A stretch of 27,175 nucleotides of DNA, from positions 1 through 27,175 of the IMG/VR virus record IMGVR_UViG_3300034171_000222; one strand, given 5' to 3'. Below, in pieces: positions 9,174-18,363 of the stretch. Under the pieces are notes generated by a model. It made no database searches. It was not told the DNA's origin and saw only the letters and a list, made by a program, of their open reading frames with translations. A program made the translations under genes and the position numbers. This stretch comes from a virus (lineage: Duplodnaviria > Caudoviricetes). Every line of letters begins with the position of its first letter. Position 1 is the first letter of the stretch.

Positions 9174-10040
9174 TTATTTTTTCCCCACATAGGCTATCCA
9201 AGCCATCGTATAAAATTTTGGCCTGTTTTCGTGAGCTGTACCTCCTCCTTTTTTAGCTGTTGTAAACGTTGGAGATTGAGCCGGGGCAATGCTGGTTTCA
9301 GTAACATTAACCGCACCTGTGTTATTACTATTGCTAAATGTATTGTCATCACCTCCGGCACCTTCTTTAGAATAAACTGTCTTAGGAAGTCCGTGTTTGT
9401 GAGCCGGGATGTAAACCGATCCACTGTGATCGTGATTTGGCATTTCAGCCACAGACAGAGTATGTTTACTTTCCCCTCCAGTTTTTCCTATTTCATCATG
9501 AGATAGATCATCAGGATCATAGCCCACCACAAACATCCCACTCATATCTGGAGTCTGATTGGTTCCATCTGACAATTGCCATCCGTCAGGTATATCTGCA
9601 ACTGCTCCCCAGTAAGGTAATGCACATTTAAGTGGTGGTAATCTTCTAGCAACCTCAGATAATGGAGTGATCCTTTTCAAATCTGCCCAGGGAGTTCCGG
9701 TTCCGGCAGCTGCAAAACGTGCGTAGCGATCAAAATAGGCATCAAGTAAATCTGCCTGCCCGTCGAGGTCGGCATCGGTAAAATAGGTTACTTTCTCAAC
9801 AGCTTCAACTATTTCAACATTTGCGTCCACTGCGCCGCCTTGAAATGGATAGGATTCTCCATTAATAATCACTATCCCGTCAGCTGCAACGCCGTTCACG
9901 ACTTCACAGCCTTTCACAATGCAATTTTCCCCACCTAAACCAACTGCCAGATCTTGCACTTCATTGATCATATCACGCATAAATCTCCATGTTTTACTTG
10001 TGCCTGGGAAACCGCCTCCTAATACTTGTATCTTATTCAT
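9174..10040 (-). CDS. Tail fibre/baseplate protein with phage tail collar domain
   Basis: YWGAVADIPDGWQLSDG..TPDMSGMFVVG, GKTGGESKHTLSVAEMPNHDH and HENRPKFY are collar-domain motifs. Follows the baseplate wedge genes. Confidence 0.8.
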   Translation of the reverse strand: MNKIQVLGGGFPGTSKTWRFMRDMINEVQDLAVGLGGENCIVKGCEVVNGVAADGIVIINGESYPFQGGAVDANVEIVEAVEKVTYFTDADLDGQADLLDAYFDRYARFAAAGTGTPWADLKRITPLSEVARRLPPLKCALPYWGAVADIPDGWQLSDGTNQTPDMSGMFVVGYDPDDLSHDEIGKTGGESKHTLSVAEMPNHDHSGSVYIPAHKHGLPKTVYSKEGAGGDDNTFSNSNNTGAVNVTETSIAPAQSPTFTTAKKGGGTAHENRPKFYTMAWIAYVGKK

Positions 10041-10042
10041 AG

Positions 10043-10537
10043 CTATTCAATTTCAATTTTATAAGTTTTATCCGGTAGCCTGTAAAAATCAATCAGGCTT
10101 TTCATTCGTATCTCCTGCGAAGCGTTCAATTCAAAAGGAACTGTTACCACAAAATCCATATCCAATGAAAACAGCTCTGCACCATCATAAAAATGAACCG
10201 GAGCGTTTTCCTCAGGATCGTAAAAGGAAACTGGTTTTTGTTCTTCAGGATTATAGAAATACACTCCATCCCTGTAGGCTCCATCACTTATATAAATGCG
10301 CCTTAATTGAACATCAAAGGCATCATTCAGCATATTTTCAAGGCTGTAAACCTGGGGCGTATGTTCAATTTTATAGATCGCATCCCGCCTGTAGTTCACA
10401 AATTGCTGGTGCAAGTTTGCAATTGGTTTTACCAAGCATCTAAGCCAACCAATAAAAATAGGCTTCCGTTCTTCTAATGGTAGCTTATGAATTACAAGCC
10501 TATTAAAATTTGTGGTATATACTTTGGAATAATCCAT
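10043..10537 (-). CDS. Baseplate wedge subunit (P2 gpI / Mu gp48-like position)
   Basis: 164-aa ORF coupled directly downstream of the baseplate J-like gene; call is mainly from synteny. Confidence 0.6.
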   Translation of the reverse strand: MDYSKVYTTNFNRLVIHKLPLEERKPIFIGWLRCLVKPIANLHQQFVNYRRDAIYKIEHTPQVYSLENMLNDAFDVQLRRIYISDGAYRDGVYFYNPEEQKPVSFYDPEENAPVHFYDGAELFSLDMDFVVTVPFELNASQEIRMKSLIDFYRLPDKTYKIEIE

Positions 10538-11439
10538 TATAGCTTCACTATTTTGGGTATAAATTCAATACTCAATCCAGATACTTCAGTTATTTCTAAA
10601 GTGTCAGGATCTTCCACCATGATCTTGGCAATCTCCATATATCCGGAATTAGCTATATAGCTGCTTTCTATTGGCTGATATGTTGCCGGATCAAGATAAT
10701 TAGCTGAAGCAGAATTGATGTAAACCTCCCTATCTGCACAACCTTCTATCCCTTGAAGGATATCTACCAACTCTGCTAGTATAAACTCCCCATTGAATTT
10801 CAGGTTGGCCAGGTAATCACTGATTGCTTTTTGAACCGAGGTGTTATCTTTTCCATCTATCCTGACTCCATTTTCATCAAATATCAAGGGATCATAAAAG
10901 AAAGTGATATCGAGCTTCAACTCATCCGGGTCATCACTAAAAGTGATAATCTTGGTACCGCCCGGTTTTATCCTGGAGAAATAATTACGAACCCCATCTT
11001 GCTCGGCATCGCTTAGCTTTACCAAGGTTCCGTTTTCCTCCTTAGCCATCTTTATAAATAAATGCTTCCTGTTATTGATCTCTATCTCAATTACCGCAGC
11101 TCTGGAAACTATCATTGCATCCTCAATTTCCTGATCTGAATAGCCTTCCCCTGAATATTCCCCGGTAACATCATTTAAAGGATGGCCGTACCTGTATTCT
11201 AAAGCCGAATTTCTAAACCAAAGAAGCGAATAGAGTTTCTGGTTCCTGATCTTGTCATCCATCTCCACCTTGAATATATCCCAGGCCTTATAGACGGACC
11301 AGGTACAAAAAGCGATCACATAAGCCCAGATATTAAAAATTCCCACTTTTGAGGTACTTGTTATTCCGGCCAGGGATTCCTGGTTGGCCTTTTCAGTTAG
11401 AATTTGATTTTTAATTTGTTCAATAGTGGGTATGCCCAT
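10537..11439 (-). CDS. Baseplate J-like wedge protein
   Basis: 300 aa. Segments VRNYFSRIKPGGT and AISDYLANLKFNGEFILAELVDILQGIEG resemble gpJ/gp47-like proteins; position fits. Confidence 0.7.
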   Translation of the reverse strand: MGIPTIEQIKNQILTEKANQESLAGITSTSKVGIFNIWAYVIAFCTWSVYKAWDIFKVEMDDKIRNQKLYSLLWFRNSALEYRYGHPLNDVTGEYSGEGYSDQEIEDAMIVSRAAVIEIEINNRKHLFIKMAKEENGTLVKLSDAEQDGVRNYFSRIKPGGTKIITFSDDPDELKLDITFFYDPLIFDENGVRIDGKDNTSVQKAISDYLANLKFNGEFILAELVDILQGIEGCADREVYINSASANYLDPATYQPIESSYIANSGYMEIAKIMVEDPDTLEITEVSGLSIEFIPKIVKL

Positions 11440-11884
11440 CGTTATATTTTTTGGGGTTTCTTATTGCTTCAAAATAGATGTCCAGGTAAAGGCTTCTTAC
11501 CGGGTTATCATTAAATAAATAGTCGGTTCTACCCGTCTTTATCTCGGCCATAATATTGTAATGGCACAATGGGCAATGATTAAGTCCAAGGTGATGTCCA
11601 ATCTCATGATATACAGCAAATAAAATCTCATATTCATTTGCATCCTTAGAATTTATAGTAATCGTACAAATACCATTTATGTGAGAATGTTCGTTTTTGG
11701 CATCCGGTAAAAACAAAATCTTATTGATTGTATAAAGTCTCTGCCTTACTTCAATGCCTCTAGCCTCTGCCATATCCACATAAGAGTCCAATATCTTCTT
11801 AGCAAGTTCCGGGCGGTTACTGGCGGTTTTTTGCGCAAAGCTGAAGGCACTCACCAATAGAAATAAGTAGGTTATTCTTTTCAT
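11420..11884 (-). CDS. Secreted metzincin (matrixin-like) zinc metallopeptidase
   Basis: Signal peptide MKRITYLFLLVSAFSFA from ATG 11884. HEIGHHLGLNH matches HExxHxxGxxH and is followed by a Met-turn (NIMA). Confidence 0.75.
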   Translation of the reverse strand: MKRITYLFLLVSAFSFAQKTASNRPELAKKILDSYVDMAEARGIEVRQRLYTINKILFLPDAKNEHSHINGICTITINSKDANEYEILFAVYHEIGHHLGLNHCPLCHYNIMAEIKTGRTDYLFNDNPVRSLYLDIYFEAIRNPKKYNDGHTHY

Positions 11885-11885
11885 T

Positions 11886-12221
11886 TCAATTGCTAGCTGT
11901 TTGACGAACCATTTCCCGCTGATTTTTCTCGACTTGCCGGGTCGAAAATTCAAAGCCTATCACGTCCGCCTTCCTCTTGAAGCAACTCCGGCAATCTGTC
12001 TGAATCAATTTCATCAAGTATTCATTCCCTTCTTCAAGGCCTTTCCCGGAGATAATCCAAAGCCTGTTTTTCTGAACGTTCTGGATAGTGGCATCCCCAT
12101 CACAAATGGTAATCACGGTAAAGTTCCCAATTAAGGCAGGATTAGGTTCTGTAACCGATTCCTGAGCCACACAGCTTGTTAATGTCAAACTGAATGTGAG
12201 TAGTAAGAGTAATTTTTTCAT
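11886..12221 (-). CDS. Small lipoprotein of unknown function
   Basis: MKKLLLLLTFSLTLTSC lipobox; CxxC motif (CRSC). Confidence 0.7.
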   Translation of the reverse strand: MKKLLLLLTFSLTLTSCVAQESVTEPNPALIGNFTVITICDGDATIQNVQKNRLWIISGKGLEEGNEYLMKLIQTDCRSCFKRKADVIGFEFSTRQVEKNQREMVRQTASN

Positions 12222-12230
12222 AGTTTTTAT

Positions 12231-12419
12231 TTATATAATTGTTTCACTTGGTGGTGCTATAAAATCGGTTAAGACTCCTAATCCACAACTTTCAAATTCC
12301 TGTTCAAAAATGAACCAGTCACCGTTAATGTCTTGAACAGGATTGTAGTAAGTGCCATTTGGCATTATAGAACCAACTAATTGATTCCTTTGTGCTGGTG
12401 TTATTTTATATCCTTTCAT
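12231..12419 (-). CDS. Small hypothetical protein, possibly a fibre-associated chaperone
   Basis: ORF MKGYKIT... starting 2 nt after the stop of the 493-aa gene; alternative start at 12428. Confidence 0.55.
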   Translation of the reverse strand: MKGYKITPAQRNQLVGSIMPNGTYYNPVQDINGDWFIFEQEFESCGLGVLTDFIAPPSETII

Positions 12420-12421
12420 AG

Positions 12422-13903
12422 TTACCATGTTTTTCTGCCCACTCTACTTTCAAAATTTTCTAACGCTGTACTAACATTTATAATTTGTTGGTCGGTTAAT
12501 GCGGCTTTTACATAAACTCGAGATAATAATGTTTGATTTCCTAGAAAAGCGCTATTTAAAGATAACCCCGTTGCAACATCCATATTTACGCATTCCAAAA
12601 TTTGCCATGTCGGCAAAGTCCCGCCTCCATCATGTGTATAAACTTTAACCTTATTTTTAAAGAATGGAGCTGTTACGCTGTCTTGTTTTACAAGTCCCCA
12701 AACTCCCTTTTTTCCAGTTATCCCCGAATCTATATTTGGTCCATTAGCCGAGACTACCCATTTTCCGCTCCCAAGATACGCGGCTATTTTTTGAGTATTA
12801 GAATTATAACAATGAATAAAAATTCCTGCCGTGTCTGCATTTTCTTGACCAAAACACCAAATAAGACCATTACCGTTTGCACTCATATCGACGCTAGGTA
12901 TAATATGAGTCGCCGTATAGGTATTTGCACCGTTAACTAAACTTCCCGTTTCGTTATGAATCCAAGAGCCGAAATGTTCTATTCTGTGCGCTGCGTCCGA
13001 ATCGGTAGGGTTTAACAAATTAAATTTGACCCTATTCGCAGTCCCTCCATAATAAGGGTAAACAGCAGCAAATACTGTAGATAAATCTGAAACTCCTGTA
13101 GCCGCTCTTAAGTCAATTATTAACTGATCAATATCACTCCACCACTTTGTTCCTGTAGTTTCTTGTAGTGTACCTCCAAAATATACTGTAGGGTCATTTG
13201 TAATTCCAAGAGTGGTCATGTAAGGTGATGTTTTAGCATCATAAGTTACACCCACTGGCACCTCCCCATTCATCACCCAAGCTTTCACATCTTTTAAATT
13301 ATTATAAGCAGCCAATGCACGTTCCGCAGGAGCCGCTAGATTGCCGGAATAAGTAAAAGTGCCGTTTGATATTCCCGAATTATCCAGCCCGATTATAGCA
13401 TCTGCCAAGGTTTCGGCATCCAACTGGCAATTGGCAAAATTTACTTCAGAAGCTGCCAGTAAATTCAAACCGGCCATTGCAGCGATCGGGTTATTCTCAA
13501 ACCGAATACGTCCGGTAGTTCCAGAAAAAACAATATTAACTTGTGAAAAATCCCAATAAGTAAGTTCAGCATTTTTACCTGTGGTTGCTGAATATCCGGT
13601 AGGCCAAGCATACGCCTGGTTGAAATTTTGACCAACTGCAACCCCGGCTATGTACACAGAATATTCTTCGTTGGTTACATTTCCGGAAAGATCAAAAGAA
13701 AAGGTGTGCTCAAAAGCCCCATCGGGGGCAAAAGACTGCGTAGCAACCACAGAACCGTCCAGTCTCCTGACTTGGATTTTCGTGTGCCATTTCGAGGTGA
13801 ACAACCTAAAGCGGTCAAATCCCCAAGCAGCGGAACTGGATATTGTTTTCGCGAAAAGCCTGAAATTATAATTAAGCTCGCTATGTACTAAACCTGAATT
13901 CAT
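12422..13903 (-). CDS. Putative receptor-binding / tail-associated protein with a lectin-like C-terminal domain
   Basis: 493 aa, rich in G/T/N/S and aromatic residues. Directly follows a tail fibre gene; the fold call is tentative. Confidence 0.5.
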   Translation of the reverse strand: MNSGLVHSELNYNFRLFAKTISSSAAWGFDRFRLFTSKWHTKIQVRRLDGSVVATQSFAPDGAFEHTFSFDLSGNVTNEEYSVYIAGVAVGQNFNQAYAWPTGYSATTGKNAELTYWDFSQVNIVFSGTTGRIRFENNPIAAMAGLNLLAASEVNFANCQLDAETLADAIIGLDNSGISNGTFTYSGNLAAPAERALAAYNNLKDVKAWVMNGEVPVGVTYDAKTSPYMTTLGITNDPTVYFGGTLQETTGTKWWSDIDQLIIDLRAATGVSDLSTVFAAVYPYYGGTANRVKFNLLNPTDSDAAHRIEHFGSWIHNETGSLVNGANTYTATHIIPSVDMSANGNGLIWCFGQENADTAGIFIHCYNSNTQKIAAYLGSGKWVVSANGPNIDSGITGKKGVWGLVKQDSVTAPFFKNKVKVYTHDGGGTLPTWQILECVNMDVATGLSLNSAFLGNQTLLSRVYVKAALTDQQIINVSTALENFESRVGRKTW

Positions 13904-13904
13904 A

Positions 13905-15410
13905 TTATATTGGCTTTAATTGACCTAGGAGTCCGCTAACAGTTGTAGTTTCAAATCTCAACCCGAAAAACCCGAATTGTGGTACCAGTTTGGATTGTGA
14001 AGAAACCACCTGCACGGTCATCCCTGCACCATCCACTACGGTAACATCTCCAGCCGCTTTATTTCTTGCAGAAATTTCATCATCGGCTGCAAATATGTTG
14101 GCCGGAATTATAAAATCTATTGCAGTCGTGAATACAAGGAATTTGTCCTTGTCTTCTAAAATAGCGGTGTACTGTGGATCATTGTTAATTGTTTTGGTGG
14201 GTTTTGTTTTTGGGGCCAAGGCCGGTAAATCGGACATTAAGGCGATTGTTCCCGCCTTGTCGGGAAATTCAAAATTTCGAGCCGTTGTAAGGTTCGTGAA
14301 TTTTAAATATAAAGACTCCAATCCATTGGAAACGACAAACGTTTTACTATCCGAAGCTCCTACTCTCATATATCCCGGAATCCCCGAAAGTGCGCCGTAT
14401 TTCAGGAGTAGGTTTTTTTCGTTTATGATAGTTTCAATAAAAGTTTTAAATCCCGCGATACCTTCGTTCCCGGTTGTAGCCACTTTTCCCGCCAAAGCAT
14501 CAACCAATCCCGCTATATTTGCAATGCCTAGTGTGTCTAAAGTGGTTTTATTTTGTTTAATGAAATTAACAAGCTCTTGCATTTCGTCGAGCGTCGTATC
14601 GTCCGATAGCAATAAGGTATTAATAGTGTCAATAAACCCCTTTAAAACCTTCCCTTGATTTGCAGACAAGGGTTTTCCTGCTTCAGTTGAAATTAGTGTA
14701 TCTATCACTTCTACAATTGCCGCGCCTCGCATCCAAAATCCGGTAGCGGCTACTTGATCTGCCGGAGCTACATCACCCGTAGCCAAAGTAGCATCATAGA
14801 AATAGTCTACACCCTCTGAGTGGACATACCTTCTTTGCTTAGTGGAAATTTGTGCCTGGGTCAATTGGGCAAGCTCTGCCAAATCATTCACGGGATTTCC
14901 ATAATGCGAAATATTGTAAGCTGCTAAAAGTTGCTTTTCAGGCAAACTAAAATTCTCCTGGGAAAATCCATAACCTTCCCCCGGCGCATCGGCTTTGGCT
15001 AATAATGCTTCCGGTAAATTTTCAATCTCAGCGATTTGGTGAAACGCAGGGTGAACGTAATTGTTTAAAGAAGTTAATTTATTTAATAGTTCTAAAGTCA
15101 AATCGTTAGAGCTTAATCCCTTTCCCGCAACCTTTGGCTCAAGCTTGCCTAATTCTGTGGCAAGCTCTTGAATAAATGAAATAGGTTGGGAAATTGGGAA
15201 TACAGGAAATGCAACACTTTCGTAAAGTCCATCTTTATCCAAAACTGTCATTCCAGTAATGGTTCCTTCTACATCTTTTGTATAGGACTTAATGATTTTC
15301 CCTTCTACCTTGTGCCAGAAACTATCCAACATATTGTAGAATTTATTCCTGGTAGCATCATCCTCACAAGTGATGTATCCTTTTAGTATTTCTTTTTCTA
15401 TAACACTCAT
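13905..15410 (-). CDS. Tail fibre protein
   Basis: Fibre-repeat motifs KVAGKGLSSNDLT, PLSANQGKVL, LDEMQELVNFIK and IANIAGLVDALAGK. Confidence 0.7.
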   Translation of the reverse strand: MSVIEKEILKGYITCEDDATRNKFYNMLDSFWHKVEGKIIKSYTKDVEGTITGMTVLDKDGLYESVAFPVFPISQPISFIQELATELGKLEPKVAGKGLSSNDLTLELLNKLTSLNNYVHPAFHQIAEIENLPEALLAKADAPGEGYGFSQENFSLPEKQLLAAYNISHYGNPVNDLAELAQLTQAQISTKQRRYVHSEGVDYFYDATLATGDVAPADQVAATGFWMRGAAIVEVIDTLISTEAGKPLSANQGKVLKGFIDTINTLLLSDDTTLDEMQELVNFIKQNKTTLDTLGIANIAGLVDALAGKVATTGNEGIAGFKTFIETIINEKNLLLKYGALSGIPGYMRVGASDSKTFVVSNGLESLYLKFTNLTTARNFEFPDKAGTIALMSDLPALAPKTKPTKTINNDPQYTAILEDKDKFLVFTTAIDFIIPANIFAADDEISARNKAAGDVTVVDGAGMTVQVVSSQSKLVPQFGFFGLRFETTTVSGLLGQLKPI

Positions 15411-15682
15411 TATTCAAATAATTTGCAATAGTTACAATTGCCTTCAGTAGGCAAGTTTTCTTCAATAATTGCAGTTGCCGGTTTAATTCCGTTGGCTGCA
15501 TAGTAATCCCTTATACTTGTGCTTTCTACTTCAAGCTCCGGCACATCAATTTGTTGCCCTGGTGCCAGATCACTTGTAATGCTCAACCCATTGGCCAAGG
15601 CCAAATCAAACACATAGGCCACACTGCCGTAAACCTGAATGGAGATATCAAACAATGATTGATTGTGAAGTACTGTTACCAT
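15410..15682 (-). CDS. LysM-like baseplate protein (P2 gpX-like)
   Basis: VTVLHNQSLFDISIQVYGS...LALANGL...LAPGQQIDVP follows the LysM pattern. Confidence 0.75.
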   Translation of the reverse strand: MVTVLHNQSLFDISIQVYGSVAYVFDLALANGLSITSDLAPGQQIDVPELEVESTSIRDYYAANGIKPATAIIEENLPTEGNCNYCKLFE

Positions 15683-16008
15683 TATTGATGTTTCTTTTTA
15701 TAAGCGTCAAAGGATTTTTTCAAATCGTTGTATTTATTCTTCCACATATTCTGCTCTTTTTCCAGAGCTTCCATCTTGGAATTCAATGCCGAAAATTTGT
15801 AATCATACTCGCTCTTCAGGAATGCATATCGCTCCTCATACCGAACTTTCAAATCGGTCAGCGTGTCCTGGTATAAGTCCACAATTGATTTTGCATAATC
15901 TGCTTTTGAGGATTTGCGTTTCCAGAACCAGGCGAAGAAGCCAGCGAGGCCTCCTGTAATTGTGCCTCCGAGAAGCATTCCAAAATATTCCCTAAAAAAT
16001 TCAGTCAT
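15682..16008 (-). CDS. Single-TM coiled-coil protein, holin candidate
   Basis: N-terminal Gly-rich TM (FGMLLGGTITGGLAGFFAWFW), then KRK and a long coiled coil. Confidence 0.5.
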   Translation of the reverse strand: MTEFFREYFGMLLGGTITGGLAGFFAWFWKRKSSKADYAKSIVDLYQDTLTDLKVRYEERYAFLKSEYDYKFSALNSKMEALEKEQNMWKNKYNDLKKSFDAYKKKHQ

Positions 16009-16276
16009 TGTAATTCATCTTAATCTTGTTCCTAATTTGCTCATAATCTTTCCCGTCCAGCTTCATTTGTATTCTAAGCGTACGTTCAAGCCTCGGGTCG
16101 TTGGTATTGCTTCTTACTTTGGTCACCAAATTTGCCCCTACTACAGGATGCTCCTTCCACTCTCCTTGATTGCTGGAAAGAATCAATCCAACTTCCTGCA
16201 TTTCGCTTTCGCCCACAGCAAAGTCACCGTTCACTATCTTCAGGTCATTATTCTCATCTAGCAGGATATCCCTCAT
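16001..16276 (-). CDS. Baseplate gp25/gpW/Mu gp46-like protein
   Basis: 91 aa with DLKIVNGDF...GEWKEHPVVG pattern; lies after the spike gene. Confidence 0.65.
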   Translation of the reverse strand: MRDILLDENNDLKIVNGDFAVGESEMQEVGLILSSNQGEWKEHPVVGANLVTKVRSNTNDPRLERTLRIQMKLDGKDYEQIRNKIKMNYND

Positions 16277-16749
16277 TATTCAGTTGTTAAAACATCGTTT
16301 AATCGTACTTTAAATTCTACGAATTTTGGGGCTTCGAACGCCATCCCATTTTGTGTAAATACCTTTATTACTTCATCATTAAAGTCGTTCATGATCTCCA
16401 GTAGATCTTCATTTCCTTTTTTTATCCGTACTCCTTTTTCCTTTACCTGGAGTGTGGTTAATTTTGAATTCACTTCAATCTCATCGTAAGCTTCACAATC
16501 TATTAAATAGCAACCGGCAGTATTATTTATAAGGCCTATGAGGGCCAGGGAACCCGGTTTGGGTTTTTTATAGATAGATCCTAGACCTAACAAAACATCC
16601 TCGTAAGGCAGGTCGTTCTCTTCTCCAATTGCAACCATGGTCTTTTCGTCCCAATTCACCGATTCTACTTTAACCCATTCTGTTTGAACAGGGATTTGGC
16701 GTTTTGCCTTTTGGTCTATCAAATTTTTAAACTCCCTAATTTTGTCCAT
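16276..16749 (-). CDS. Baseplate spike-like protein (gpV/gp45 position)
   Basis: OB-fold-like N-terminus (VKVESVNW...KPKPGSLALIG); follows the hub gene. Confidence 0.6.
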   Translation of the reverse strand: MDKIREFKNLIDQKAKRQIPVQTEWVKVESVNWDEKTMVAIGEENDLPYEDVLLGLGSIYKKPKPGSLALIGLINNTAGCYLIDCEAYDEIEVNSKLTTLQVKEKGVRIKKGNEDLLEIMNDFNDEVIKVFTQNGMAFEAPKFVEFKVRLNDVLTTE

Positions 16750-17722
16750 TTCCTACTTTTTGATCAAGGGTTAAAAACTGGTGGTATTTTGCATCGTCTG
16801 TAAATTGTTTTTTAACCGATTTTATCCGATAAACTCCATTTCTGTCCGGATACATCTGACTTATGATTTCGGCCTTCATTCCATGTCTCATACTTGGAAT
16901 TCCAAATATTTCAATGTCGCCTTCATAGCCATCTACCTTGCTCTTCTCATAATCAAGTTTTGCAAGCTTTATTAATTCTGCTTCTACCTGAATATTGTAA
17001 TAACTAAGGGTTCTTCTTACCCCAAATTCATCACCGAATTCAGCCTTTATTTTTTTCCCTTTTGGCAGGGTAGAAATCGCGATTATCTTTAAAAGGATAT
17101 CTTCTTTTAAACGATATTGTAAATTATTATCTACCACATTCCTGTTAAAATCGAACTTGACCGGCGGCTCTATATCGTCAGAATATATTTTCCCTACTAC
17201 CAGTGTATCACCTTTGAAATAGGAATAAATATTTGCTTCCTGCAACCATTCCAACACCTTGGCAGCACTTGTGTTTGGAAAACGCTCTTTCCCTATTTCA
17301 ATATCTGCGACATCGGTTGGGATGCCTTCAGGAATAATTTGTTTTATTAAATCGGACACTTTATTTGTCTTCATTGCCACATTCACATTATGCCTTTTTA
17401 ACAAGTACATGGCATCATCGCACTTTATTTCAATTGGAATATCGGCACTAACTGAAGTGATATATCCTGAAAATTCTTTAACGAGCTCTCCGTTGTATCC
17501 AAGCCAGATCTCTACAGGATCTCCATTCCTGAATATATCCCGAACAGAGGTTCTAAGGTTTCTACCAGAGATTTCTATATTTCTTGGAATAGTAATCCTT
17601 GCGGTATCTGTAAGAGTCTCCCAGGAAGTTTCGATCCAAACTCCATTAACCCGTCTTATAATAAGCTCGGCTCTAATTTCCGTTACCGGAAATATCAGTT
17701 TTGCGTTCATTGCTAAGACCAT
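16736..17722 (-). CDS. Baseplate hub protein (P2 gpD / Mu gp44-like)
   Basis: DTARITIP, GDPVEIWLGY..EFSGYITSV, IEIKCDD and GVYRIKSVK motifs; 328 aa. Confidence 0.75.
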   Translation of the reverse strand: MVLAMNAKLIFPVTEIRAELIIRRVNGVWIETSWETLTDTARITIPRNIEISGRNLRTSVRDIFRNGDPVEIWLGYNGELVKEFSGYITSVSADIPIEIKCDDAMYLLKRHNVNVAMKTNKVSDLIKQIIPEGIPTDVADIEIGKERFPNTSAAKVLEWLQEANIYSYFKGDTLVVGKIYSDDIEPPVKFDFNRNVVDNNLQYRLKEDILLKIIAISTLPKGKKIKAEFGDEFGVRRTLSYYNIQVEAELIKLAKLDYEKSKVDGYEGDIEIFGIPSMRHGMKAEIISQMYPDRNGVYRIKSVKKQFTDDAKYHQFLTLDQKVGNGQN

Positions 17723-18363
17723 ATCAATGGATTGTTTGTTTTTATAATTTCATCGCTTACTGCTCTAATTGTAAAAGGCACTAAATTGGGTCTTCCCCGT
17801 TGTGGTACCGGATTAAAATCTTCAATAAGAATACTATGGATCTCTCTTGAGAGTAAAATCTCCGAACTCACATTAACCGCATCTGCCAGATTATCCCATT
17901 TTACCATTTGATCTTCCTGACTTTTTGGAGAAACAAATCCTTGTGGATGTCCGGGATCGGGTATAAAAAAACCGTTTATAGTAATTTCATAATCTGTAAA
18001 TCCAAAGATCTCTTTTACGGTAGAATAGCCCCCGTTTATTTTGGTTTTGCTGATTACTTTAGGCCTTCTAAAGCTTGCTACACAAGTTGTAGGAAGCTGA
18101 AATTCTGACATAGCTTTTCTTGAAATCTGCCCGGTATCACGGTCAAAATATTGATAGGTGCCTGCAAGAAATGTTATAGGAAATAGGATCGGGGTGCCAA
18201 GATGACTCAGCTTTGTAGCTTCCTCAAGGCTCTCCACAATTTCAATTCCTGAATACAGGCCATTAGGATCCTGAGGCAGATTACTGCCTAGATCTGGCCG
18301 GTACATTTTTTCGACCTTTAAACCAAAGGCCTCCAGAAATATATTTGGGATCCTATAATCCAT
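17713..18363 (-). CDS. Tail tube initiator-like protein (DUF6046-like)
   Basis: Lies between tape measure and hub. KVISKTKING..TVKEIFGFTDYEITING and FTIRAVSD motifs. Confidence 0.6.
   Translation of the reverse strand: MDYRIPNIFLEAFGLKVEKMYRPDLGSNLPQDPNGLYSGIEIVESLEEATKLSHLGTPILFPITFLAGTYQYFDRDTGQISRKAMSEFQLPTTCVASFRRPKVISKTKINGGYSTVKEIFGFTDYEITINGFFIPDPGHPQGFVSPKSQEDQMVKWDNLADAVNVSSEILLSREIHSILIEDFNPVPQRGRPNLVPFTIRAVSDEIIKTNNPLIWS

Noticed and set aside
9174-15410. Diversity-generating retroelement or invertible fibre cassette
   Set aside because: No reverse transcriptase, invertase or template/variable repeat pair was seen by eye.
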